Positions 10,001 to 17,983 of a DNA stretch of 64,000 bases are shown in pieces; position 1 is the stretch's first letter, and every line of letters starts with the position of its first letter. This DNA is from Methanobacteriota archaeon (GTDB lineage: Archaea; Thermoplasmatota; Poseidoniia; Poseidoniales; Poseidoniaceae). Location: contig PBTH01000009.1 in assembly GCA_002726495.1 (NCBI GenBank), positions 1,302 to 65,301 of the forward strand, written 5' to 3'. The notes beneath the pieces are model-generated. The model was given only the letters and a program-made list of their open reading frames with translations, was not told where the DNA came from and made no database searches. The position numbers and the translations under genes are program-made.

Positions 10001-13000
10001 AGGACCGATTCAATATCTGGATTTGAGCCAGAAGATGGAGGCAATTCCACTGGAGGTGTCACGGCAGCTGGTGCTGGAGTTGGGGCACTTTCCTTGGGTG
10101 CTGAAGAGGGTACTGAAGGTGGGGCGCCACCCTGCATGGTTTGGATGTACCCCATCATGTGATTGAGTGTTGGATAATCAGACAAAACAAAATCTTCATC
10201 GATGGGCAGATCAAAACGCTCTCGGATATCAGCCATAATTTCAGCTTGCTTGACCGTGTCAATTCCAAGTTCACCTTCCAAATCTTGGTCCATTTCAATG
10301 AAATCTGCTGGGTACTTTGTGTGTTCAACTACGACTTCAACAACAATGTTTTGCATTGAAACATCATCAACAACCACTGGCGATGGAGCATCTTTTTGTT
10401 CGGTCTTTGAAACAGTCACTGGAGCCTCAAGTTGAGGTGTGGCCGGAGGTTGAGGTGCGGGTGGTGAACGTTCTGAACCGGTCATCTGTTGAATGTAGGA
10501 AATCATATGATTCAGAGTCGGATAATCCGAGAGGATGAAATCCTCGTCGACGGGAAGTGAGAATTTCTCACGGATATCAGCCATAATTTCAGCTTGTTTT
10601 ACCGTATCAATGCCCAATTCACCTTCCAAGTCCTGGTCAAGTTCAATGAAATCCGCTGGATAACCTGTATGAGTCACGACAACATCAATGACCGTTTGAA
10701 CCGTAGACTCGTCGCTTACTGCGAGAGGTGCTGACGGCATAACCGGTGCAGGTGATGGCTTAGGAGCAGCAACAGCAGGAGGAGTTTCAATGCGGGGCGG
10801 GGCGGTTTCTGGTTGGACCGATGCTTTGCCTTCCCACTCTTTTGTCGGCTCCCAATGTTCGCCTTGAACCCCGCCGTGAAGGTTGTCATCTCCATCGACA
10901 TAAGCCACGAGTTTATTTTGGAGGATTCGCATCACAACATCATCCGTTCCTGCGAGTTTTCTTGCCCAAGCAAGCAAGATTGCTCCATTGATTCGTTCAC
11001 CTTCAATGGGCCAACGACGAACCAAAGAGAGCGCAATTTGGGAGCCAAAACCAGCCGCAAATCTCAATCCATACTGAAGTCCCGGATAATCTCCACCAGT
11101 TGATAGATTCAAATCGCCCAATTCCGGGTCGTTTTCTTTGTGATTAGCAATTGGGGGAATACGCCCCGTCAGCATGCCGTAGAACATACTTGCATCTTCA
11201 ATCCCAACCGCCATTGGATGCCCAGTGAATCCTTTGGTATTCGCAATAACGAGGCTGTTGGTCGATTCTCCGAAAGTATCTCGAAGGGCTTTGACCTCAG
11301 ATTGTGCTGAACCCCCACGTGCAGGAGTGTATGTTTCATGTGAAAAGAATGCAGTTTTTGGAGCGAACTCATGCCGGTCAAGACCCCAACGTTGTTCCAT
11401 AGAACTGATGAAATCGTTCACGATTTCGCCAACGTGTTCAACATCAAGTCTCGTCCCGTGATATGCTGAATTTGCCGTGGTCGAACCAAGCAATTCGGCA
11501 ATGGGTTGTACGCCTCGTTGTTTTGCTTCGGAATGGCGCTCAACAACGAATGCAGCAGCCCCCATTCCCAGGATGAGGCCGTTTCTTCTGCGATCAAATG
11601 GTAGGGCTGTTTCCTCTACGATATTGTTGGTCGCAGCAGCCCCAGAGGCTGCAAACCCGCCAGCAATCCACTCCCAAAGGTCGTCACCCGTCACATCATC
11701 TCCACTGATGATGACAACACGGTCTACTCGGTCATTTTCCAACCAGTCTTCAGCAACTCCAAAGGCCGCTGTAGCGGATGCGCAAGCAAGGTTAATCGTC
11801 GTATTCGGGCCCCTGATGCCGGTGTATTGAGCGAATTGTGAATGGCCCATGTTGAGGGCTTGGAACAAGTAACGCCGGTCAAACCGACCCTCGCCATCGT
11901 CCCCGTTAGTTTTGGCATGCTTTGAGGCCATCTGCAATCCAGGGAAACAGGATGAAAACACAATACCCGTGCGTTCCCGTTGAATTTGAGGAACTTGCCA
12001 ATTCCGGATGAGTCGGAGTCCACCTTTGCCAACCTGTTCAACAGGAGTGAGTGGAATTCCAGCGTCACGGAGTGCAAGTAAACCTGCAGCGACAGACAAT
12101 TGTGTACTGATGTCCCAGGCGAGCACGACCTTGGGGTCAATACCAAATTCTTCTGAAAGGTCAAATGCACCTTTGAGGCCTGCGAGTTGGGGGATGTCTC
12201 CAAAGACCGTTGCTTGGTCCATGTTGACCGAACCGTCTCTTCCTTTGATGAGGCGGACAATGTTCTTGTCGAGAAGTCGTTGCTTGTATTCATCTGAAAC
12301 TTCTGAAATACACGTTTCTCCGCGCACTAATTTTTCAAAGGTATCCTCTGAAAAGACACGGTCCATACCAGGAAGTCCAAGGGAAATACCGGTGACGACA
12401 AAGGGGTCCGTATCTCTTGATGAACCCGAATGTGATTTGACTGCAGGCGCCGTTTGAACACGGTGCGATGCCTCTGATCTTTGAGGTGATGTCACGGTCG
12501 AGCGAGGTGCCCATGAAGATGGGGGCATCTTGACCCATCGTGCTAAATCGCCTGCGGTCAAGGATTGGCTGGGGTCATATTCGCCGTCAGTTTCAGCTTC
12601 ACTCGCCAGTGTTGAAATGACGTTTTGTATGGAAGATTCATTCAATCCAAGCCCTTCACGAAGCATAACATGCCCGTGGCAAAATGAAGCAGGGTAGTTG
12701 CTAAACGCTCCAATCCGGTCACCAACATAAGCCCGAATCGCCCGTTGTAGTGCGAATTCGTTGTCGACTACCGGGTGGTGAACTGGGGAAGAAGAAGGTA
12801 CGACAACAGCCCCTGCTCCACTCGGAAGTGGGCGTGCCCGAACGCGGAGCGATTCAACTTCTGAGGTTGACGGCCCTGTAGCCATTTGCACAGGGTGATG
12901 TGCCTCGATTGGGCCCGCTCTGAAGGCTTCACTTAGAATGTTTGAATTCGTATCTGGCCATTGAGGCGCTCGTCCTGCGAGGGCAAGGGCTCCAAGAGCG

Positions 13001-15870
13001 GTAAGGAATGTTGCAATACCTCCCTGTTTTGGATGGTTGGACATGATGGATAGGTGAGGGCGGTCTTCCAAAATTTGCATTGAAAACATGGTCAGGGCTC
13101 GTTTGGGGCCAACTTCAACGAAGACTCTGGCGCCAGCATCGTACATGGTTTCAATTTGTTTGGTCCATTCAACTGAAGAGGCCATTTGAGGAGCCAGTTG
13201 TTTCAAGACCTCCTGTTTAGAATCTCCACCCTTCATTGGATAAAATCTTCCATCAACGTTGGCTGTAATCGGAATACTGGGCCAACGAATCTCAAGGGAC
13301 TCAAGGAAACGTCGCAACGGTTCATTCGCAGGTGCGACAATACGGGAGTGGAATGCGTGAGAAGTAGCGAGTTCAACGCTGTTGAATCCTTTGGATTCAA
13401 AAGCGGCCATTGCTGAGCGAACCGGTGCAGTTTCACCGGCAATGACGGTCATTTTTGGTGAGTTTTTATTGGCTGCAATCACGTATCCTTCTGTTGCATC
13501 TAAGATCGCTTCCACTTCATCATATGGAGCACTTACACTTGCCATCAATCCTTTATCGTCGATTTCAACCGAGCCCATTTCCGTACCGCGAGCTGCTGCT
13601 GCACGCAACGCTCCATCCATGTCAAGTATACCCGATGACATCAATGCAGCATATTCACCAAGTGAGTGGCCTGCAACCATGTCAGGATGGTGGCCAAAGG
13701 CGTTCAAGGTCCGCTCAATAGCTAAATCGGCAGTGAGCATTGCTGGTTGTGTGTATTCTGTTTGTTTGAGTTTGTGCTCGGCTTCTTTGAGTTCATCCGA
13801 AGACAGCGAATCCCTCAATACAAAACCGGAAAGCGTCTCGCCATCAAGGACATCGACCATGGTGACATCTGCTTGCTTCCAAACAGATGCTGCGGGCGAG
13901 AATCGCTTGACAAGGTCGTTGGTCATTCCAACGTATTGGCTTCCTTGACCAGGATACATATGGGCTACTTTGGCCTCTTTTGGCAAGGCGGAGTCGGTAC
14001 TGATGAGAATGCCTTGCGATTGAAGAAAGCCCCATTTTTCAGGGTCGTCCATTGCCTTGAGTGCAAGCGTGACTCGCTTGTCAAATTCTGCCCAAGATGT
14101 TGCGACGAGAGCCATTCTTGCCTGATGGGATGAATCGTATTCCCCACTTGCTCCTTGGAGGGCCTCAGAAAGTCTCCTCCCTCGTGGGTCGGAATCAAAT
14201 CTTGGCTCTCCGAATTTCAACGCACCGAGCGAAGAAGACAACTCCTTCACCGATGAAGCGGATAAGAGCAGAAGGCCTCCTTCAATCGATTTGAGTTGCT
14301 CGTGAGTCATTGTTGGCTGTGCTGATGAATCAAATATTGAGGGGGCTTCTGCGGTTGAGGCCGAAGATTGTGCGTATGCGTTCCAGCGGCCTTCCCAATC
14401 CAAAGCAAGTGGGCGATGAACATCAGGCTCATATCCTTCCAAAGCAATGTGGAAATTCGTTCCTCCAAAGCCAAAAGCAGAGACACCGGCTCGCCGAGGG
14501 TTATCGCTTGGCCGAGGCCATTCTCGGGCTTCTGTGGGCACAAAAAATGGAATATTTGACCAATCAACAGTTGGATTTGGCGTCTCAAAATTGGCGCTCG
14601 GAGGAATGGTGCGGTGATGGAGAGCCATGACCGTTTTCATGATTCCAGCAATACCTGCAGCCGCCTTGAGGTGACCAATTTGAGATTTGATGGAGCCAAC
14701 GGCAACCTTGCCTGTACCCTCTATGCCAGTCCACAATCGAGACAGTGTTGAGAGTTCAGTCGCATCACCGACCTTGGTAGATGTTCCGTGAGCCTCAACC
14801 AATTCAACTGAAGAGGCTGGATATCCGGCTTGGCTGTACGCTCGGGCAATCGCCTGAATTTGCCCCCTTTGACTTGGAGCAGTAATTCCTTTTCCACGTC
14901 CATCGGACGAACCGCCAATACCCCGAATAACACTGTATATTTCATCTCCAGAATGGATGGCATCGTTCAATCGCTTGAGAACAAGCACACCGGCCCCCTC
15001 ACCCATTACAAATCCGTTTGCACGGGCATCAAACGGCGAAGAGTGCGATGGGGAAAGCGCTCCAATCGCTGAGAATTTCGCGAAGGTTGCAGGATCCATT
15101 GTCCGATCTGTAGCTCCCGCCAACATTACGTCAACTTGACGAGTTTGAAGAAGTCGGCACGCATCTAAAACAGCGGCCATGGAAGATGCACATGCAGCAT
15201 CCATTGCATGATTCGGCCCCTGCAAGTCCAAGAGATTGGCCACTCTTCCTGAAACGACGTTCGCAAGTTCACCCGGCATCGTATCCTCATCAACACGTGG
15301 CGTGCCCTCGTTGATCTCGTTCACAAAGGCATCAGCATTTGTCGACGGCATGCCGTGAGTCATGGCGGTTTGTTTGGTGTGTTCGGACCAAACACGAATG
15401 TTTGACAGATTCCTATTTTCTCCACCAAGGGCATTGGCAAAGACAACACCCGTTTTGGTGCGGTCGATATCATTGCTTTCACCATCGTATCCGGCATGTT
15501 CTATTGCATCGGCTGAAACGGTAACCGCCCACAACTGGCACGGGTCAATTTGTGGAAGTGTGCCGGGAGGTTGCCGCCAACGACGCCAATCAAACTCATC
15601 ACCCTTCACGAGAGCGCCAATTTTTGCATAAGTGAATCCCTCCGTATGCTCTCCAGGGCCGCCTTCTTTCCAAAAATGGCTCATTGGCCCAGGCCATCTG
15701 CCCTCAGGCAAAGGAGCAATGCTGACTTTCTTATCGATGATGTTCTGCCAAAAGTCTTCGATGCTTGGGGCATCTGGCATAAGAGCGCCAATCCCTACGA
15801 CCGCAATCGGTTCAAAGGGCCCTTGTTCAAGACCTTCGCAAGGTTTGCCGTCATCGGTAGTAATGGTCAT
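7078..15870 (-). CDS. Pfa/PKS-like type I megasynthase with domain order KS-AT-KS-ACPx3-KR-DH
   Basis: One uninterrupted ORF. The domain motifs are listed in the sub-features below. The ORF track starts at GTG 15879. I prefer ATG 15870, which sits 5 nt after a GGTGA Shine-Dalgarno-like element. Confidence 0.9.
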   Translation of the reverse strand: MTITTDDGKPCEGLEQGPFEPIAVVGIGALMPDAPSIEDFWQNIIDKKVSIAPLPEGRWPGPMSHFWKEGGPGEHTEGFTYAKIGALVKGDEFDWRRWRQPPGTLPQIDPCQLWAVTVSADAIEHAGYDGESNDIDRTKTGVVFANALGGENRNLSNIRVWSEHTKQTAMTHGMPSTNADAFVNEINEGTPRVDEDTMPGELANVVSGRVANLLDLQGPNHAMDAACASSMAAVLDACRLLQTRQVDVMLAGATDRTMDPATFAKFSAIGALSPSHSSPFDARANGFVMGEGAGVLVLKRLNDAIHSGDEIYSVIRGIGGSSDGRGKGITAPSQRGQIQAIARAYSQAGYPASSVELVEAHGTSTKVGDATELSTLSRLWTGIEGTGKVAVGSIKSQIGHLKAAAGIAGIMKTVMALHHRTIPPSANFETPNPTVDWSNIPFFVPTEAREWPRPSDNPRRAGVSAFGFGGTNFHIALEGYEPDVHRPLALDWEGRWNAYAQSSASTAEAPSIFDSSAQPTMTHEQLKSIEGGLLLLSASSVKELSSSLGALKFGEPRFDSDPRGRRLSEALQGASGEYDSSHQARMALVATSWAEFDKRVTLALKAMDDPEKWGFLQSQGILISTDSALPKEAKVAHMYPGQGSQYVGMTNDLVKRFSPAASVWKQADVTMVDVLDGETLSGFVLRDSLSSDELKEAEHKLKQTEYTQPAMLTADLAIERTLNAFGHHPDMVAGHSLGEYAALMSSGILDMDGALRAAAARGTEMGSVEIDDKGLMASVSAPYDEVEAILDATEGYVIAANKNSPKMTVIAGETAPVRSAMAAFESKGFNSVELATSHAFHSRIVAPANEPLRRFLESLEIRWPSIPITANVDGRFYPMKGGDSKQEVLKQLAPQMASSVEWTKQIETMYDAGARVFVEVGPKRALTMFSMQILEDRPHLSIMSNHPKQGGIATFLTALGALALAGRAPQWPDTNSNILSEAFRAGPIEAHHPVQMATGPSTSEVESLRVRARPLPSGAGAVVVPSSSPVHHPVVDNEFALQRAIRAYVGDRIGAFSNYPASFCHGHVMLREGLGLNESSIQNVISTLASEAETDGEYDPSQSLTAGDLARWVKMPPSSWAPRSTVTSPQRSEASHRVQTAPAVKSHSGSSRDTDPFVVTGISLGLPGMDRVFSEDTFEKLVRGETCISEVSDEYKQRLLDKNIVRLIKGRDGSVNMDQATVFGDIPQLAGLKGAFDLSEEFGIDPKVVLAWDISTQLSVAAGLLALRDAGIPLTPVEQVGKGGLRLIRNWQVPQIQRERTGIVFSSCFPGLQMASKHAKTNGDDGEGRFDRRYLFQALNMGHSQFAQYTGIRGPNTTINLACASATAAFGVAEDWLENDRVDRVVIISGDDVTGDDLWEWIAGGFAASGAAATNNIVEETALPFDRRRNGLILGMGAAAFVVERHSEAKQRGVQPIAELLGSTTANSAYHGTRLDVEHVGEIVNDFISSMEQRWGLDRHEFAPKTAFFSHETYTPARGGSAQSEVKALRDTFGESTNSLVIANTKGFTGHPMAVGIEDASMFYGMLTGRIPPIANHKENDPELGDLNLSTGGDYPGLQYGLRFAAGFGSQIALSLVRRWPIEGERINGAILLAWARKLAGTDDVVMRILQNKLVAYVDGDDNLHGGVQGEHWEPTKEWEGKASVQPETAPPRIETPPAVAAPKPSPAPVMPSAPLAVSDESTVQTVIDVVVTHTGYPADFIELDQDLEGELGIDTVKQAEIMADIREKFSLPVDEDFILSDYPTLNHMISYIQQMTGSERSPPAPQPPATPQLEAPVTVSKTEQKDAPSPVVVDDVSMQNIVVEVVVEHTKYPADFIEMDQDLEGELGIDTVKQAEIMADIRERFDLPIDEDFVLSDYPTLNHMMGYIQTMQGGAPPSVPSSAPKESAPTPAPAAVTPPVELPPSSGSNPDIESVLIEVVVEHTGYPADFIEMDQDLEGELGIDTVKQAEIMGDIREKFSLPVDEDFVLSDHPTLNHFTAYIVKMTGGATAAPASSEPLPVESTVESATDTFTPSGTRRWQVEVEDCQGTDEPLTINGAVVVTDDGWGIAEAFCKRMDARGLHAVRVGFESSIREPSVLNEGGRTVYRADPEQPEHVAWISEQLRATTIGALVHMAPMKIASAQWEEDTVPSSQIALAGHGWFALLKELNDHISNEKPAIIASVTAMDGRHGNIGERFNSIQCSASGVTKSYAFERPDLRCRAIDLHPELLFEEVDAAKRIEHDVFALGGEVEIGLDRDGRRWTLVAFAEDLVEETQPLTSEDTWLVSGGGSGVTAASVIGVATSSQNAGAHFVLLGRSALLEETEHWIEWDESQLAEEKNALRQRLVDAADDGKVTMVEWNKAWQKYTRSRDVFITMDTIVKTGNTAEYCSVNVTDYEALESLGQNLEREITGIVHGAGLEDSKLVGDKSHEIFDNVVRVKIDGWRALLGAVRASGRDYPLFASCFTSVAGRFGNGGQTDYAAANSVLDAEMARLTASSSCRAVAIGWTGWRDVGMATRGSIEAVFEAAGIETLSVEDGVHIFVDEALRGGKRRVLGCGSLGMMDRFDSFREAPLKLPPSMAATIADPSRFPFIDKVLDLEDGASMTTQSTLSVDDHPFLTDHAIDGVPYHPGVMALEMFAQNSLLLRPSTCLAGYEEVTFGLPVKLLKGPMIVRVVSQIERKDGDLTWVRCTLVSDLANSKGEVFGEREHHTALVRLVEKCDDLCPFLDREVNLLPEIGIPPSGELIQRPDFIYQRYFHGPRFQSHGGVLRGVGDDEHPGIDGRALMRHQLPQTDQFSIESNGEQVLLEALPMLIEAGFQNAGLVAMESKGFSSLPVGIQWSTMLRVPESDESLRLRSIQTSSDDEGVTVHDVVIVGDDDAPVLAMKGLRLKAMAPVADEHSVEFVR
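7081..8052 (-). other. PKS-type (PS-DH, double hot-dog) dehydratase domain
   Basis: HPFLTDHAIDGVPYHPG fits the HxxxGxxxxP motif (His codon 7936-7938). The second half contains YFHGPRFQ. Confidence 0.65.
8245..9672 (-). other. Ketoreductase domain (structural plus catalytic subdomains)
   Basis: It has the Rossmann motif TWLVSGGGSGVTA and the SDR catalytic region GNGGQTDYAAAN. Confidence 0.7.
9790..10716 (-). repeat. Three tandem Pfa-type carrier (ACP) domains at 10480-10716, 10132-10368 and 9790-10026, separated by Pro/Ala-rich linkers
   Basis: The block YPADFIE(L/M)DQDLEGELGIDTVKQAEIM.DIRE.F.LP.DEDF.LSD.PTLNH occurs three times, with periods of 348 and 342 nt. The expected Ser position is Thr in every copy (codons ACG at 10603-10605, ACG at 10255-10257, ACC at 9913-9915). 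Confidence 0.75.
11005..12405 (-). other. Ketosynthase domain 2 (internal, Cys-His-His retained, divergent HETYT motif)
   Basis: It carries VVTGISLGLPG, INLACASATAA (Cys codon 11782-11784), FFSHETYTPARGG and GFTGHPMAVG. Confidence 0.7.
13075..13962 (-). other. Acyltransferase domain (malonyl-type)
   Basis: It carries GQGSQYVGM, GHSLGEYAAL and SHAFHS. The HAFH motif is associated with malonyl-CoA specificity. Confidence 0.8.
14440..15810 (-). other. Ketosynthase domain 1 (Cys-His-His intact)
   Basis: It carries IAVVGIGALMPDA, MDAACASS (Cys codon 15190-15192), EAHGTSTKVGD and GHLKAAAG. Confidence 0.85.
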
Positions 15871-15875
15871 TTTAT

Positions 15876-15880
15876 TCACC
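15876..15880 (-). promoter_or_regulatory. Shine-Dalgarno-like GGTGA upstream of the megasynthase ATG
   Basis: The minus strand reads AAGGTGAATAAAATG. The element abuts the fabI stop codon (TAA, 15881-15883), which implies translational coupling. Confidence 0.4.
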
Positions 15881-16672
15881 TTAATTCATGATGCTTTCTG
15901 GCACCATCGTAATTGAGTAACCCGCATCAACATAGATGCATTGGCCAGTCACTCCAGAAGATAGAGGGCTTGAGAGCCATAGTGTAGCACCTGCAACGTC
16001 TTGTTGGCTTACATTGCGGCGCAATGGGGCATTTGCTTCAACGTGGTCAAGAATACGGTCAAATCCGGGAATTCCCCCCGCTGCAATGGTACGAATTGGC
16101 CCTGACGAAATAGCGTTGATCCGATGACCTTCCGGCCCCAAATGGCACGCCAACTCCCTCGTCCAGCATTCAAGCGCAGCTTTCGCCATGGACATAATTC
16201 CATAATTGGGAACGTATCGATTTGCTGCTGCATAGGTCAGTGTCACCGTAGACGAACCTGGATTCAAATAAGGAAGTGCATGCTTAAGGCAGCGTTGAAG
16301 GGAATTGGCGGAAATGGTCATGGCCGTGTTGATATCTTCACCTTCAACGAATAGAATTGGACGGTCAAAACAGGCTCTTGGTGCAAATCCGATAGCATGG
16401 ATAAGGATATCTGCCTTTTTGCCCGGATGGTCTTTTGCGAATGCATCAAAAAATTCCTGAGTCGTTGCATCTTCTGCAACATCCAGTGGATAGAATCCTC
16501 CAATGGATGGAAGTTGGTCTTTTAATTGAAAGATACGACTCATAAATCGCTTCTGGTACCCCAAATAAAGTGTCACTCCAGCAGCGGCAAGTTGTTGACA
16601 AATAGCCCAAGCGATGGAGTCTTCGCTAGCAACACCAAAGACAAACGCTGTTTTCCCTTCTAAACTTAGCAT
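15881..16672 (-). CDS. fabI: Enoyl-[acyl-carrier-protein] reductase, FabI type (SDR)
   Basis: It carries LEGKTAFVFGVASEDSIAWAI and the Y-x6-K motif YGIMSMAKAALE. The start is placed at the internal ATG 16672, because the family N-terminus is M..L.GK. The ORF track extends to 16735. Confidence 0.8.
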   Translation of the reverse strand: MLSLEGKTAFVFGVASEDSIAWAICQQLAAAGVTLYLGYQKRFMSRIFQLKDQLPSIGGFYPLDVAEDATTQEFFDAFAKDHPGKKADILIHAIGFAPRACFDRPILFVEGEDINTAMTISANSLQRCLKHALPYLNPGSSTVTLTYAAANRYVPNYGIMSMAKAALECWTRELACHLGPEGHRINAISSGPIRTIAAGGIPGFDRILDHVEANAPLRRNVSQQDVAGATLWLSSPLSSGVTGQCIYVDAGYSITMVPESIMN

Positions 16673-16792
16673 GAAAACACTCCGTGACGAACAGGTGTAG
16701 TGCGCTACACCAAGCCTTTGAGTGTTGCCTTTCAAAAAGGGGCTTAGAGCGACGGTTTTGCACCTTCTTGATTTAGCGGAGGAAGCGTAAAC

Positions 16793-17896
16793 TCACAAGT
16801 CCGCAAAGGCGTCATCCAAATCCTCGTCATCATCAAGGAAATCTTCGAATTCGTCATCCAAATCTTCGAAATCAAATTCATCTGTGCCGGGAGCATCTTC
16901 TTCCTCATCAAGGTCAACCGGAGGCACATACATGGGTTGAGAATTAGCACGGCGTCGCAAGGCTTTGCTCATTGCAATAATGAGAATAATAGCAAACAAG
17001 GCCCCCCCTGCAATACCGCCATACAACACCGCATCGTCCTTGCTGAACTCTTCCAAACCGCCACCGAGACCTCCGGAGCCTGTGGTGGCTTCAAGTTGAA
17101 TGCTCAGTGTTATTTCACTGACAGGTGCACTGTCATCGTTGGCGCTTGAAGCTTGAAATATGATTTGATGACGAGCGTCTTCTGCAACTTCGGCAGGAGA
17201 ACGCACGGTTAATTCCAATGTGGAGGAGGTCCCGTCTTTAACCACATTCTCGGCGATGAAGACTCCTGCCGGAAACGAGAAGCCTACTTCTTCAAGTTCA
17301 GCACTGTTGGAGATTGTAACACTGATCTTGTCATCATTGTTGCCGTTATTCTGGAATTGGAACGAAATTGGGATTTCTTCGCTTGAAGCCATGGCTCTGG
17401 TGCTTTTATCTGAAATGCTAAGTTCGACCATTCCAAATGTTGCGATCTCCAAGTTGCCGCTTACACTTGCATTCGTGGCAAGTTGTTCCGGCCATTGAAG
17501 AGACTGTACATTGGTGACTGTGGCGACAAGAGTGAAATCGTAAGTCAAATCAGATGAGAGACGGTTTTGCCCGTTAAACGTCACCGTAAAGTCTTCCTCG
17601 CCTCCGGCTTCTAGCGTAAAGGAATCTTCTCCAAGCATCATATCAACTTCGGCGCCGCTCCACTCTTTCTCAACGCTAATTTGTTCTTCAAACGTTGAAG
17701 GGTTGGTTACCGTGCAGGTGATTTCCACGGTTGGGTCTTCAAGTGGATGGACGTTCATTTCTGGATTCTTTTCGTCGCAATCAATTTCAACTCCAGGAGC
17801 AGTCGGTTGCTGCGAAGATGCAGTTAATGGAGCGCAAAGAGCCAAGAGAAAGACACTAAGAATTGCCATCCTACGAGCCAATAACACTGCGCACAC
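16793..17896 (-). CDS. Secreted, TM-anchored surface protein with an acidic cytoplasmic tail (function unknown)
   Basis: It has an N-terminal signal-like segment (MAILSVFLLALCAPLTASS) and a C-terminal helix (GGIAGGALFAIILIIAM). The tail is DLDEEEDAPGTDEFDFEDLDDEFEDFLDDDEDLDDAFADL. Confidence 0.6.
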   Translation of the reverse strand: MCAVLLARRMAILSVFLLALCAPLTASSQQPTAPGVEIDCDEKNPEMNVHPLEDPTVEITCTVTNPSTFEEQISVEKEWSGAEVDMMLGEDSFTLEAGGEEDFTVTFNGQNRLSSDLTYDFTLVATVTNVQSLQWPEQLATNASVSGNLEIATFGMVELSISDKSTRAMASSEEIPISFQFQNNGNNDDKISVTISNSAELEEVGFSFPAGVFIAENVVKDGTSSTLELTVRSPAEVAEDARHQIIFQASSANDDSAPVSEITLSIQLEATTGSGGLGGGLEEFSKDDAVLYGGIAGGALFAIILIIAMSKALRRRANSQPMYVPPVDLDEEEDAPGTDEFDFEDLDDEFEDFLDDDEDLDDAFADL

Positions 17897-17983
17897 CGGC
17901 CATGGGTAGGCTCACCCTTTCATCAATGTGATGGCGACACGAGCCAGTAGATTCTTGATTTTGGCCCTTCCTTTGCGAGCCAA

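Noticed and set aside
9913-10605. The Thr-for-Ser substitution in the ACP motif might be a sequencing or assembly error.
   Set aside because: It occurs in all three copies, with two different Thr codons, in otherwise synonymous-diverged DNA. Converting ACG or ACC to a Ser codon would require a specific transversion in each copy.
9790-10716. The periodic ~345-nt repeats might be a CRISPR-like or non-coding tandem array.
   Set aside because: The repeats are in-frame ACP domains with Pro/Ala linkers. The period is far too long, and there are no short direct repeats with unique spacers.
7078-15916. Numerous 60-190-aa ORFs on both strands inside the megasynthase gene, for example 13382..13948 +, 11724..12293 - and 12008..12457 +.
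   Set aside because: They are nested in a 2,930-aa frame that carries a continuous series of catalytic motifs. Their translations are Ser/Arg/Pro-rich nonsense typical of off-frame reading.
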